Source: Bacilli bacterium (GTDB lineage Bacteria > Bacillota_I > Bacilli_A > RFN20 > CAG-826). From it: a stretch of 64,000 nucleotides of DNA. Where the stretch lies: contig JBAZHG010000001.1 of the NCBI GenBank assembly GCA_041652475.1, forward strand, positions 72,522 to 136,521, given 5' to 3'. The first letter of the stretch is position 1. Each line of letters opens with the position of its first letter. Under the pieces are notes generated by a model, which ran no database searches, had not been told where the DNA came from, and saw only the letters and a program-made list of their open reading frames with translations. Of this stretch, positions 14,932-23,659 are shown piece after piece. Made by a program: the position numbers and the translations under genes.

Positions 14932-15951
14932 TTACTCGTAGGCGGCGATCTTTTCAATCGACCAGCCGGGATCAACCCCGAGTTCCAATGAAGCGGATAA
15001 CCCTTGTTCGTAAAGGCGCCGGCCCAACAAGGCAATCATGGCGGCGTTGTCGGTGCAAGCCCACATCGGCGGGATGATGACGTCGACTTGGTGGGATTCG
15101 GCCACTTCCTTGATGCGTTGGCGCAATAAACTATTGGCGCTGACGCCTCCGGCCAAGACGATTTGTCGAATCGGGAAGCGGTCCAAAGCCATTAGGCTCT
15201 TGTCGATGATCATCCCGACGGCCGTTTGTTGGAAAGAGGCGCACAAATCAGCGAGATTGAGCGGTTCTTTGACTTGCTCGGCGTGGTGGACCAGATTGAT
15301 GACGGCCGTCTTCAAGCCGGAATACGACAAATCGAGGCCGTGGTCATGCAAAGGTCGGGGCAATTTATACGTTGGCTTGCCGGTCTGGGCCAGCTTGTCG
15401 ATTGGTAGGCCGCCGGGATAGGGAAGCCCGAGGACCCGGGCCACTTTGTCGTAGCATTCGCCGATGGCGTCGTCACGCGTTTCCCCAATGATCCGGAAAC
15501 GGAGATGGTCTTCCATGTAGACGAGTTCGGTGTTGCCACCGCTGACGACGATGGCCAAGAGCGGGAATACGAGCGGTTTGACGAATTCGTTGGCGTAAAT
15601 GTGGGCGGCTAGGTGATGGACTGGAATCAGCGGCTTGTTATATATTGCGGCCAGCGTTTTGGCGGCTTGCAGCCCGACGTGAAGGGCTCCGATGAGGCCG
15701 GGACCCCGGGTCACGGCGATGGCGGTGACGTCCTTGAGATCGAGTTTGGCCGCCGCCAAGGCTTCTTCGAGCACCATGGTGATGTTTTCGGTGTGCAGGC
15801 GCGAGGCCATCTCCGGCATGACGCCGCCGTATTTTTGGTGGATGGCGATTTGGGTTGACACGGCGTTGGACAAAAGACGGTTGCCCTGAACGATGGCCAC
15901 CCCGGTTTCATCGCAGCTGGACTCGATGCCGAGGATGATTGGTTCGCTCAT
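14932..15951 (-). CDS. tsaD: tRNA N6-adenosine threonylcarbamoyltransferase
   Basis: 339 aa, ILGIESSCDETGVAIV..., with the HH metal motif (VHHLAAHI). Confidence 0.96.
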   Translation of the reverse strand: MSEPIILGIESSCDETGVAIVQGNRLLSNAVSTQIAIHQKYGGVMPEMASRLHTENITMVLEEALAAAKLDLKDVTAIAVTRGPGLIGALHVGLQAAKTLAAIYNKPLIPVHHLAAHIYANEFVKPLVFPLLAIVVSGGNTELVYMEDHLRFRIIGETRDDAIGECYDKVARVLGLPYPGGLPIDKLAQTGKPTYKLPRPLHDHGLDLSYSGLKTAVINLVHHAEQVKEPLNLADLCASFQQTAVGMIIDKSLMALDRFPIRQIVLAGGVSANSLLRQRIKEVAESHQVDVIIPPMWACTDNAAMIALLGRRLYEQGLSASLELGVDPGWSIEKIAAYE

Positions 15952-16382
15952 AATTGTCTCACCATGAAATTGGCATCCTCACCATCTTGGTAATAACGCG
16001 GTTTTCTCAATATGAATTTGAAATCGTGCTTGAGATAGAATTCGTAGGCGGTTTGGTTGCTGACGCGCACTTCGAGGCTGATTTGATGGGCCCCGGCGGC
16101 TTTGACCCGGCGGAATATGTCTTCGAGCATGATGGAGCCGATTCCCTTATGACGGTGGGCGACGACGACGGCGATTTGGTTGAGGGTCGCTTGTTCGAAC
16201 ATGATCCAGACGTCGATGAAACCAAGAAAAATCCCTTCTTGCTCGGCGACGAACAGGAGGGCATAGGGATTATCGTGGAGTTCCCGGCGGAAATGATCCA
16301 AGGTCCAGGGTTGTTTGAACGAGGCGTTCTCCAAAGCCAGGACTTGGTCAAGGTCCCCGTCGAGCATCGGGCGGACTCTCAT
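15948..16382 (-). CDS. rimI: Ribosomal-protein-alanine N-acetyltransferase
   Basis: 144-aa GNAT (HRHKGIGS) sitting between tsaB and tsaD, with 4-nt overlaps on both sides. Confidence 0.85.
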   Translation of the reverse strand: MRVRPMLDGDLDQVLALENASFKQPWTLDHFRRELHDNPYALLFVAEQEGIFLGFIDVWIMFEQATLNQIAVVVAHRHKGIGSIMLEDIFRRVKAAGAHQISLEVRVSNQTAYEFYLKHDFKFILRKPRYYQDGEDANFMVRQL

Positions 16383-16969
16383 AAGTTCTCCTTAAGGTAA
16401 ACCGGCTTCAGGGCGTGGATGTCTTCAATCGGGGCGCGCCCGGTGGCCAGGCCGAGCAGATTGATGAAAAGATCAGGTTCCGTCCCTTCGAGATTTAAAT
16501 ATCCGATGTCGCCTCCAAGGCGGTAATCGGGATGGTCTTTGATGTAACCTCGGACTTCCTCGTTCGTCATGACGCAGTCAGTCACAAGGACGCGTTGGCC
16601 TTGGTAGACCCCGACGTACGATCGTTCGCTCCGGGCGTTGATGAGACAAATGGTCGGTTCCTCGCCCGATTTGAGAATTGCCAGGGAACTGACGGGAAAG
16701 ACTGGAATCTTCAAGGCATAGCCGATGATCTTGGCGATCGTCAAGGCGATGCGCACCCCGGTGTAGGACCCGGGCCCGATCGCCACGTGGACGGCTTCGA
16801 TATCGCCGAAGGAAAGGTTGTATTTTTTCAATAAGGAAACTATCTCGGGAACCATCTTTTCGCTTTGGCGTTGCCAAGCGTAGTAGCGGGTCGCGGCGAT
16901 GACGCGGTTTTGATGGGCCAATCCGACGGCGAGGTGGCCGCCGGAAGAATCGAGCAGGAGGCGGATCAT
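16379..16969 (-). CDS. tsaB: t6A biosynthesis protein TsaB
   Basis: Similarity starts at MIRLLLDSSGGHLAVGL. The ATG at 16969 overlaps the tsaE stop (ATGA), so the track ORF 16379..17116 carries a spurious N-terminal extension. Confidence 0.9.
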   Translation of the reverse strand: MIRLLLDSSGGHLAVGLAHQNRVIAATRYYAWQRQSEKMVPEIVSLLKKYNLSFGDIEAVHVAIGPGSYTGVRIALTIAKIIGYALKIPVFPVSSLAILKSGEEPTICLINARSERSYVGVYQGQRVLVTDCVMTNEEVRGYIKDHPDYRLGGDIGYLNLEGTEPDLFINLLGLATGRAPIEDIHALKPVYLKENL

Positions 16970-17430
16970 TTCAAAAAGGCCTCCAACGCGTCGAAATAAG
17001 GGTGATAGGCATCGTTGTCGGTCGTCATCACCAAGCGGCGGGTCTCGGGACCATCGTCGTAGATGGAAATGCGCAAGGCCCCTCCGGGTATGAATGAAGC
17101 GACGTATTCGGGCCATTCAATGACTGAAACGCCCCCGTCGTCGATGAATTCCTCAAGCCCGATGTCGGCGTTGCCATCTTCAAGCCGATAGGCATCGATA
17201 TGAAATAACGGCATGATGCCGGACCGATACTCTTTCAAGATGTTGAACGTCGGGGAAATCACATGCTCCTTGACCCCCAAACCTTGGGCGATGCCGCCCG
17301 TCAAAGTGGTTTTTCCGGCACCGAGGTCCCCCGACAAGGCGATGACGGCTCCCGGAACGAGAAAAGCCGCCAAGCGGGTGCCGATGGCGGTGGTAAGCGC
17401 GGGCTTTTTCGAAATGAAGACGCGTTCCAT
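16966..17430 (-). CDS. tsaE: t6A biosynthesis ATPase TsaE
   Basis: Starts at MERVF. Walker A GDLGAGKTT and SPTF motif. TGATAGAAT extended -10 at 17445-17453. Confidence 0.9.
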   Translation of the reverse strand: MERVFISKKPALTTAIGTRLAAFLVPGAVIALSGDLGAGKTTLTGGIAQGLGVKEHVISPTFNILKEYRSGIMPLFHIDAYRLEDGNADIGLEEFIDDGGVSVIEWPEYVASFIPGGALRISIYDDGPETRRLVMTTDNDAYHPYFDALEAFLK

Positions 17431-17532
17431 AGGTGATAACGATGATATTCTATCATGACGGCATTTGTTGCGGTATGGCGACGAGAAAATCTTTCCAATC
17501 GGCAATCTTTGCTCACCTTCGATGTTAGTTGC

Positions 17533-17540
17533 TATATAAT
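17533..17540 (+). promoter_or_regulatory. -10 box (TATATAAT, preceded by TGC) 7 nt upstream of the ATG; no SD
   Basis: TGCTATATAAT-CATCCCT-ATG(17548). Spacing is compatible with a leaderless or very short-leader mRNA. Confidence 0.45.
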
Positions 17541-17547
17541 CATCCCT

Positions 17548-18495
17548 ATGAAAGAATTCCACGACCTGATTATCATCGGCGGGGGCCCGGTCGGCATCCA
17601 CGCCGCCTGGATGGCCTCAAAGCAATGTTATGATTATCTCCTTTTGGAAAGCCAAGACAAACTCGGGGGCCAGTTGACCGAACTGTATCCCGAAAAGGAA
17701 ATCCTCGATATTTCCGGCCATCGCTCGATTTTGGCCAAGAACTACATCAAGTGGCTTCTAGAACAATTTGGGCCTGATCAAAGCCTGAGCTTCCGTTTAT
17801 CGGAAAAAGCCCTCGGCCTCCGGGCCGAAGATGGCCGAATCCTCGTCGAGACGGCCGGGCACCTTTACTCAGCCAAGGTCGTCATCGTCGCCACCGGTTT
17901 GGGCGTCTACATGCCGCGGCTTCTGGAATGCCGCGGGGCCGAAGGTTGCCGCAATATCATTTACGCGTTGCACCGATTGGATTTTCTTGCCGGGAAACGC
18001 GTCGCCATCCTCGGTGGGGGCGACGCCGCTTTGGATTGGGCCCGCGCGATAAGCCGGGTCACCCCGACCGTCACTTTGATCCACCGCCGCGAAGAGTTCC
18101 GGGGCAACCTGGAGTCCATCGCCGGCATCAAGACCCTCGTTCTCAAAACGCCCTACGTTCCGGTGGCTGTCCATCAAGCCGATGGCGTGGCTTCGATCAT
18201 TGAAATCGCCAAAGTCGGCGAGGAAATGGTCGAGCGAATCGAAGTCGACTATATTTTCGTCAATTATGGGCACATCCCGGTCAGCGCCTCGTTCGGGCTT
18301 GAAAAGCATGGCCCCGGACTCCGCGTCGACGAATGGCAAAGATCGAGCCTCCCCGGCGTTTACGCCGTTGGAGACGTGGCAAGTTATGAAACAAAAAAAC
18401 GGCGCATTGACGCCGGCATCGAAGAAGTCCGAAAAGCCTTTGAAGATTTAGCTTTACTATTTGCGGTCGCGGACCGCCAAAAATTCCTTGTATAA
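17548..18495 (+). CDS. Ferredoxin--NADP(+) reductase, thioredoxin-reductase-like type (YumC family)
   Basis: MKEFHDLIIIGGGPVG...LGGQLTELYPEK matches YumC-type FNR. Second Rossmann motif GGGDAALDWA. Confidence 0.85.
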   Translation: MKEFHDLIIIGGGPVGIHAAWMASKQCYDYLLLESQDKLGGQLTELYPEKEILDISGHRSILAKNYIKWLLEQFGPDQSLSFRLSEKALGLRAEDGRILVETAGHLYSAKVVIVATGLGVYMPRLLECRGAEGCRNIIYALHRLDFLAGKRVAILGGGDAALDWARAISRVTPTVTLIHRREEFRGNLESIAGIKTLVLKTPYVPVAVHQADGVASIIEIAKVGEEMVERIEVDYIFVNYGHIPVSASFGLEKHGPGLRVDEWQRSSLPGVYAVGDVASYETKKRRIDAGIEEVRKAFEDLALLFAVADRQKFLV

Positions 18496-18978
18496 ATCGT
18501 TGACCAACCGTTCGTCAAAGGGATAATCTCGTCGCTCGAGGCGTTTCAAGACGTCTTTCGTCGCCAATTCGATGGCTTTGACCAAAGCGGGCGGATATTG
18601 GTATTTGCGCTTGTGGCGCTCGTGTTCGCCCTCATCCAAGGTCAAAATGGTCCCGTCGGGGAACAACTTGAAATCCAAATCGTAATCGATGTAGCGAAGC
18701 ATGCCCTCCGACATCATTGTCGGGGAGGCCAGGTTGACGTAAAAAATAACGCCCCCGTCCTTAAGCATGGCGATGACGTTGTACCAATCGTTTTTGCTGA
18801 AAAAGGACACGGCCGGTTCTTTCGAGAACCAGCGGCGCCCGTCGCTTTCGACCACGCGGGTGCGAGTGCTGGCCGTGATGAAAAAGGCGTCGTTGTCGTC
18901 AAGGAGAAAATTTGACTCCCAGCACCGATGCAACGATCCGTCGTGCTTATAACTTTGAACCTTGATCCAATGTGGCAA
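18457..18978 (-). CDS. DUF402 family nucleoside tri/diphosphatase (Ntdp-like)
   Basis: IKVQSYKHDGSLHRCW...YIDYDLD matches the DUF402/UPF0374 family. TTG start. Its 3' end overlaps the FNR gene by 39 nt. Confidence 0.8.
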   Translation of the reverse strand: MPHWIKVQSYKHDGSLHRCWESNFLLDDNDAFFITASTRTRVVESDGRRWFSKEPAVSFFSKNDWYNVIAMLKDGGVIFYVNLASPTMMSEGMLRYIDYDLDFKLFPDGTILTLDEGEHERHKRKYQYPPALVKAIELATKDVLKRLERRDYPFDERLVNDLYKEFLAVRDRK

Positions 18979-19061
18979 ATCGGCTCGCTTCTAAACAAGG
19001 TCGGGTCGCCCGACCGCATGTCCAACGTTATTTTAGCAATATTCGATTGGTTATCCAATCG

Positions 19062-19937
19062 TTAATGTGGCAAAAGATCGACCAGGCCTTTGATCGATTC
19101 GAGGTCGTCCTCGAATCTTTTCATGGCTTCGGCATTGACGGGCTGCTCGTAAACGACGTTCATGACCACGTCGGCGTAGGACATCAGCAGATAGGCGTGC
19201 CGGTCAAAGATGACCAAGCTGGCGTCGGATAGATAATCATCCAAAACGAAATTCTGGAGTTTCTTGATCAGTTCTTGGTTGAGCGAAGCGGGCAAGGTGC
19301 CGCTTTGGGAGAGGACGATGAAGTCATCGCGTTCTTCGACGACTAAGAAATCGCCAAAACCCTCGGGCCAGGGACCTTCCTTGGCGCGCCGATGGTGGAT
19401 GATGACATGGTCGTCGAATTGACGGTCAAGCTCAAATTTGAAAATGCGGCCGAAGAAGGCCACGTCGACCTTCTGGTCCTTCATGACGCGGACCCCGGCG
19501 TCGCTCACGGAAACGGGACGCCGATCGAACTCGGCGCGCACCGTGTTGCGGGAAACGATGCCATATTCGTTTTTCAAGATCTTGAGCGACCGGAATTCCT
19601 CAATGTCGAACCCGGCTTGCTCCTGGATGTCGAGCGCGGTGAAATCCGGTTCCCGGTAATAGTAGGCGGCCAAGGCGCGGTAGTAGTCGAATATGTATTT
19701 ATAAGCTTGTTTGCCGAGCCAAGCCTTGGAGAAACGGGAATAAAGGAACAAGGTCACGATTAGGGCGCCGACGATGATTAAGGCCAGGTTCATGTTCAAT
19801 TCCATGAGCCAGAGGAAGGCCGCTCCCATGCCGAGGACGATGATGATCAAGACGATGTTGTTCACCAGTTTCGTGGTTTTGAACAACTTGATGAATTGGA
19901 GCCGTTTGGCTTCCAGCAAAATGATTAATGTTTCCAT
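19062..19937 (-). CDS. Membrane-anchored protein, uncharacterised (possibly DUF3137-like)
   Basis: 291 aa with two N-terminal TM helices followed by a soluble domain. No motif I can name with confidence. Confidence 0.55.
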   Translation of the reverse strand: METLIILLEAKRLQFIKLFKTTKLVNNIVLIIIVLGMGAAFLWLMELNMNLALIIVGALIVTLFLYSRFSKAWLGKQAYKYIFDYYRALAAYYYREPDFTALDIQEQAGFDIEEFRSLKILKNEYGIVSRNTVRAEFDRRPVSVSDAGVRVMKDQKVDVAFFGRIFKFELDRQFDDHVIIHHRRAKEGPWPEGFGDFLVVEERDDFIVLSQSGTLPASLNQELIKKLQNFVLDDYLSDASLVIFDRHAYLLMSYADVVMNVVYEQPVNAEAMKRFEDDLESIKGLVDLLPH

Positions 19938-19958
19938 AATGCGCTTAATATAGCATAT

Positions 19959-20525
19959 CTAGTCCAAATGGTCACTAATTGGGTAACGTTGGTTAATGCG
20001 TTTGAGAGGTTCCCACAAGAGCCACATGACCGGCAGGGTCACACTCAAAGGCGGCAGAATCACGAAGAGGGCGTTATACGAAAGCGAACCAAGGAAATCA
20101 ACCTCGTAAATGACCATTCCCGAAACGACGTGAAAGGCATAGCGGAGGGCAACCACGCTGACGATGGCCAACGTCAGCCACAGGTAAGCGATGATCGGAT
20201 GGCGGTGCTTTCGATTCAAAAGCGGCCGCCACAAGGCCACGAGCGCGAGCGAGCCGTAAGCGAGCAAATAATCAAGCGGATAGGTGATGAATCCATATCC
20301 GTCGAGCAAATTCGTCAGGAGGCCATATACGATCCCGATGCCAATGAAGCCTTTGATCACCCCATGGCGGAGCGCCAAGACCAGAAGCGGCACCATCGTC
20401 AACGACAAGGATCCGCTTTGGGCCCCGAGGCGGATTTTGAAACCATCCCGGTCCAGTAAGACGGCCAACGAGACTAGCATGGCGATTTCGGCGATTTCGC
20501 GAATCGTCAATTTGAATTTTTTCAT
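19959..20525 (-). CDS. thiT: ECF transporter S component for thiamine (ThiT)
   Basis: 188-aa six-helix membrane protein directly downstream of a TPP riboswitch. AGGAGC SD. Confidence 0.8.
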   Translation of the reverse strand: MKKFKLTIREIAEIAMLVSLAVLLDRDGFKIRLGAQSGSLSLTMVPLLVLALRHGVIKGFIGIGIVYGLLTNLLDGYGFITYPLDYLLAYGSLALVALWRPLLNRKHRHPIIAYLWLTLAIVSVVALRYAFHVVSGMVIYEVDFLGSLSYNALFVILPPLSVTLPVMWLLWEPLKRINQRYPISDHLD

Positions 20526-20537
20526 GACGTGCTCCTA

Positions 20538-20648
20538 AATAAAAAATCCTTGGCTAGCAAGGATCGCTACCTACGCTAGCATTACCTAGATCAGGTCTGG
20601 TCGATGACGGGTCGGTCATCCTCTCAGCCGTGCTCCCACAGCTCCCAT
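20538..20648 (-). ncRNA. TPP (THI-box) riboswitch with intrinsic-terminator expression platform
   Basis: Minus strand reads GGGAGCACGGCTGAGAGGATGACCGACCCGTCATCGACCAGACCTGATCTAGGTAATGCTAGCGTAGGTAGCG, carrying the CTGAGA and ACCTGATCTnGnTAATnCnAGCGTAGG signatures. It is followed by ATCCTTG-CTAGC-CAAGGAT plus TTTTTTATTT. TATAAT at 20655-20660. Confidence 0.88.
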
Positions 20649-20673
20649 ATATAAATTATAACCGTTATTTCAC

Positions 20674-21354
20674 TCAGCGACCAGTGTTTTGCCAACGGAT
20701 CGGCATGGTATCGTGCCGTTCGAGGAAAGCGTTGGTTTTCGAGAAGTGGCGCTGTCCGAACCATCCGCCCCGATTGGCGGCCAGGGGCGAGGGATGGACC
20801 GCTTCCAAAATCAAATGGTCCGGATTGGTCAAATATTTTTTATAACCGCGGGCGAACGATCCCCACAAAAGGAAAACGATTGGCCGTGGAGCGGCGTTCA
20901 AGGTTTGAATTACATGCTCGAAGAAGGTCTCGTATCCGGGATGGCGGTGGCTTAGCGGTTCGCCTTTTCTGACCGACAGGTACGCATTGAGAAGCAGGAC
21001 CCCTTGTTCGGCCCAAAAGGTTAAATCGCCCGACTGGTAATCCATGGCGACGCCCAAATCGCTTTCGAGCTCCTTGTAGATGTTGATGAGGCTCATCGGG
21101 AGCGGGATGCCCGCCGGCACCGAAAAAGACAACCCCATGGCTTGGCCCGGTTCGTGGTAGGGATCTTGCCCGATGATCACCACCTTGACTTGGCCGAGGG
21201 GCGTCTTCTTGAAAGCGTTGAACATCAAGGGCCGCGGGGGATAGACGATGTGCTGCTGATATTCGTCGTTCAAAAACCGATGGAGGGCGATGGAATATTC
21301 TTGCCGATTTTCGCCCTTGAAAAAGGCTTCCCAGTCGCTAAAGGTCGAATTCAT
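20674..21354 (-). CDS. ung: Uracil-DNA glycosylase (family 1)
   Basis: 226 aa with GQDPYH and the HPSPL-type motif (VHPSPLAA). Confidence 0.95.
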   Translation of the reverse strand: MNSTFSDWEAFFKGENRQEYSIALHRFLNDEYQQHIVYPPRPLMFNAFKKTPLGQVKVVIIGQDPYHEPGQAMGLSFSVPAGIPLPMSLINIYKELESDLGVAMDYQSGDLTFWAEQGVLLLNAYLSVRKGEPLSHRHPGYETFFEHVIQTLNAAPRPIVFLLWGSFARGYKKYLTNPDHLILEAVHPSPLAANRGGWFGQRHFSKTNAFLERHDTMPIRWQNTGR

Positions 21355-21361
21355 ATGATTA

Positions 21362-21367
21362 ATTCTA
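21362..21367 (-). promoter_or_regulatory. -10 box TAGAAT 7 nt upstream of the ung ATG; no SD
   Basis: Minus strand: TTGTAGAAT-TAATCAT-ATG(21354). Confidence 0.4.
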
Positions 21368-21422
21368 CAATGTAATTTGTTATTTCACTAATAATGTATA
21401 TAATTATCTCGCATTGCAAAAC

Positions 21423-22514
21423 ATGAAAATCCTCTTCGTTTTCGCCCACCCAGCCCCTTACAAAATCGATTTGTTCAACGGTTTGGCCCCCCATGTGGAA
21501 CTGACGGTCGTTTTCGAGCGTCACGCGAGCGGATTCCGTCACCCATATTTCTACGATCGGACCCACTACGCCTTCAAGACGATTTTCCTGCGGGGCATCA
21601 GCTTCGGGGCCGAAAACCATTATTCGCGCGAACTGATCCGCCACCTGAAGAAAAACGATTACGATTTGATCGTCATGAACGGCTATTCGTCCTTGACCGA
21701 AATCGTCACCATCAACTACCTGCAAAGAACCCATCGCCCGTATGTCCTGTATGTCAACGGCGGGGTGGTCCGCAAAGATCCGCCCTGGCGCAAACGCTTG
21801 AAGACGCGGCTCATCAGCCGAGCCGCCCACTACTTCGCGCCAGCGCCCCAAGTCGACGATTACCTGATCCATTACGGGGCTAATCCCGCCTTGATCGTCC
21901 GTTACCCCTACGCCACTCTTTTCCATAAGGATTTGTCGCGCGAATTGATTGGGAAGGACCAACGGATCACCTTTTGGAAACGCTTGGGCATCCCCCGAGA
22001 CAACGTCTTCTTGAGCGCCGGCCAATTCGTATCGCGCAAAAACAACACCCTTTTGCTTTCTCTTTGGGCCAAGCGGTCGCCTGACGACCACCTAGTCTTG
22101 GTCGGATCCGGTCCTGAGGAAGCCAAATACCGCCGTTTCATCGAAGATAACGATTTGCATAACGTCCATTTGATTGGCTACCAGCGCCACGAAGACCTCT
22201 TGAATTTCATGGCCCATGCCGAGGCTTTCATCATCTTGAGCAAGGAAGACATCTATGGCCACGTGGTCAATGAATCCCTCTCGCAAGGTACCCCGGTCAT
22301 CGGCTCGTCGCGGGTCATCGCCGCGCGCCATCTGATCAAAGATGGTTATAATGGGTTCGTGGTCGACCCCGAGAACGAAAACGGCATCAACCAGGCGATT
22401 GACCAAATCCAGGGTCAAGACACGCGCCGCGGCTGCCTGGACACCGCCGCCCAATTCACGATCGAAACCATGGTTGCCCAACACTTGGCGGCTTTCCAAA
22501 ACCTCGTCAAATGA
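21423..22514 (+). CDS. Glycosyltransferase, GT-B fold (GT4-like)
   Basis: C-terminal EX7E-like region (GHVVNESLSQGTPVIG) and a typical GT4 layout. The start could be the TTG at 21414, 9 nt after TATAAT (21399-21404), or the ATG at 21423. Confidence 0.8.
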   Translation: MKILFVFAHPAPYKIDLFNGLAPHVELTVVFERHASGFRHPYFYDRTHYAFKTIFLRGISFGAENHYSRELIRHLKKNDYDLIVMNGYSSLTEIVTINYLQRTHRPYVLYVNGGVVRKDPPWRKRLKTRLISRAAHYFAPAPQVDDYLIHYGANPALIVRYPYATLFHKDLSRELIGKDQRITFWKRLGIPRDNVFLSAGQFVSRKNNTLLLSLWAKRSPDDHLVLVGSGPEEAKYRRFIEDNDLHNVHLIGYQRHEDLLNFMAHAEAFIILSKEDIYGHVVNESLSQGTPVIGSSRVIAARHLIKDGYNGFVVDPENENGINQAIDQIQGQDTRRGCLDTAAQFTIETMVAQHLAAFQNLVK

Positions 22515-23659
22515 AAATCATCTATTTGACCACGGCCTTGACGACCCCGGATTTCGCTTCGCTTAACCAACGCTTGCGCCTGAAGGCCAACCCCAGCAAC
22601 CAAAACTTCCACCACCGGCTGCTTCTATCTTTTAGCCAACATCATGAAACCACCGCCGTTTGTTATCGACCCCTCCCCGGTTACGGACATCCGTTCGCCT
22701 GGGCCCGGGAATCGAAAACCGACCAAGGGATCGCCTATCATTACTTGCCGATCATTAATCTTCCGTTTTTGAAACAGCACCTCGTCATCGTGTCGGGATC
22801 TCGGTTAATCAGACAAATGATCAATAACAATCGCGACGAAAAGCCGCTCGTGGTCGTCGATGCGATGAACGCCACGCTACGAAAGCTGGCCCAGCGCCTC
22901 AGACGGCGCCACGGCCTGAAGGCGGTGGCCGTCGTCACCGACCATCCCGCCTTATTGAGCGGCGTCTCCCCCGCTTGGGCGCGTTCATGCCTTAAGGGCA
23001 TGCGCCGCTTCGACGCTTTCATAACCCTGACACCGGCCTTGAGCGCCTTGGCGAACCCCAACCGACGACCCTCGGTTGTCCTTCCCGGGGTAATTGACGA
23101 GTTCGTCGCCCCCAAAAAGGAAACGATCCCTTACATCTTTTTTGCCGGCGCGCTCCACTCCCGTTATGGAATCAGCCATCTGCTTGAAGCGTTTTCCAAA
23201 CTGAATGCCGCGGTCGGATTGTCGATCGCCGGGCATGGCCCCGAAGATGAAGTTCGGGCCGCCGCTCAGGGCGACCATCGCATTCGATACCTGGGACAAC
23301 TTCCCCCCGACGCCATCCGGGAAATGGAATGCGGAGCCCTCTTCAACGTCAATCCGCGCCCCAGCGACGAAACGCTTGACGCTTATTCGATTCCAAGTAA
23401 ATTTTTCGAGTACCTGTCCAGCGGTTCCTTGACGGTTTCATCCCGCCATCCGTGCCTAACCAAACTGTTTCAAGAAGACGTTCTCTGGGCCGGAAACGGC
23501 TCGGTCGCGGATTTGCTTGAAGCCATGAAAACGGCCTTGGCGCTGAGCGAAGAAGCCAAAAGAAAAATGGCCTTAACGGCCAAAGAGACGGTCCTATCTC
23601 AATTTGGAATCGCCGCCGTCGGCGAATTCCTGGTTCACTTCACCAATTCGCTTAAATAA
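22511..23659 (+). CDS. Glycosyltransferase, GT-B fold
   Basis: 382 aa, overlaps the previous gene by 4 nt. C-terminal SKFFEYLSSG resembles the GT1/GT4 EX7E region. Confidence 0.65.
   Translation: MKIIYLTTALTTPDFASLNQRLRLKANPSNQNFHHRLLLSFSQHHETTAVCYRPLPGYGHPFAWARESKTDQGIAYHYLPIINLPFLKQHLVIVSGSRLIRQMINNNRDEKPLVVVDAMNATLRKLAQRLRRRHGLKAVAVVTDHPALLSGVSPAWARSCLKGMRRFDAFITLTPALSALANPNRRPSVVLPGVIDEFVAPKKETIPYIFFAGALHSRYGISHLLEAFSKLNAAVGLSIAGHGPEDEVRAAAQGDHRIRYLGQLPPDAIREMECGALFNVNPRPSDETLDAYSIPSKFFEYLSSGSLTVSSRHPCLTKLFQEDVLWAGNGSVADLLEAMKTALALSEEAKRKMALTAKETVLSQFGIAAVGEFLVHFTNSLK

Noticed and set aside
18457-18495. Convergent 3'-end overlaps: FNR with DUF402 (39 nt), and the GT genes at 23635..23659 (25 nt).
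   Set aside because: Both partners have normal family-length products. Short convergent overlaps are common in compact genomes, and I see no evidence of functional significance beyond possible antisense transcript overlap.
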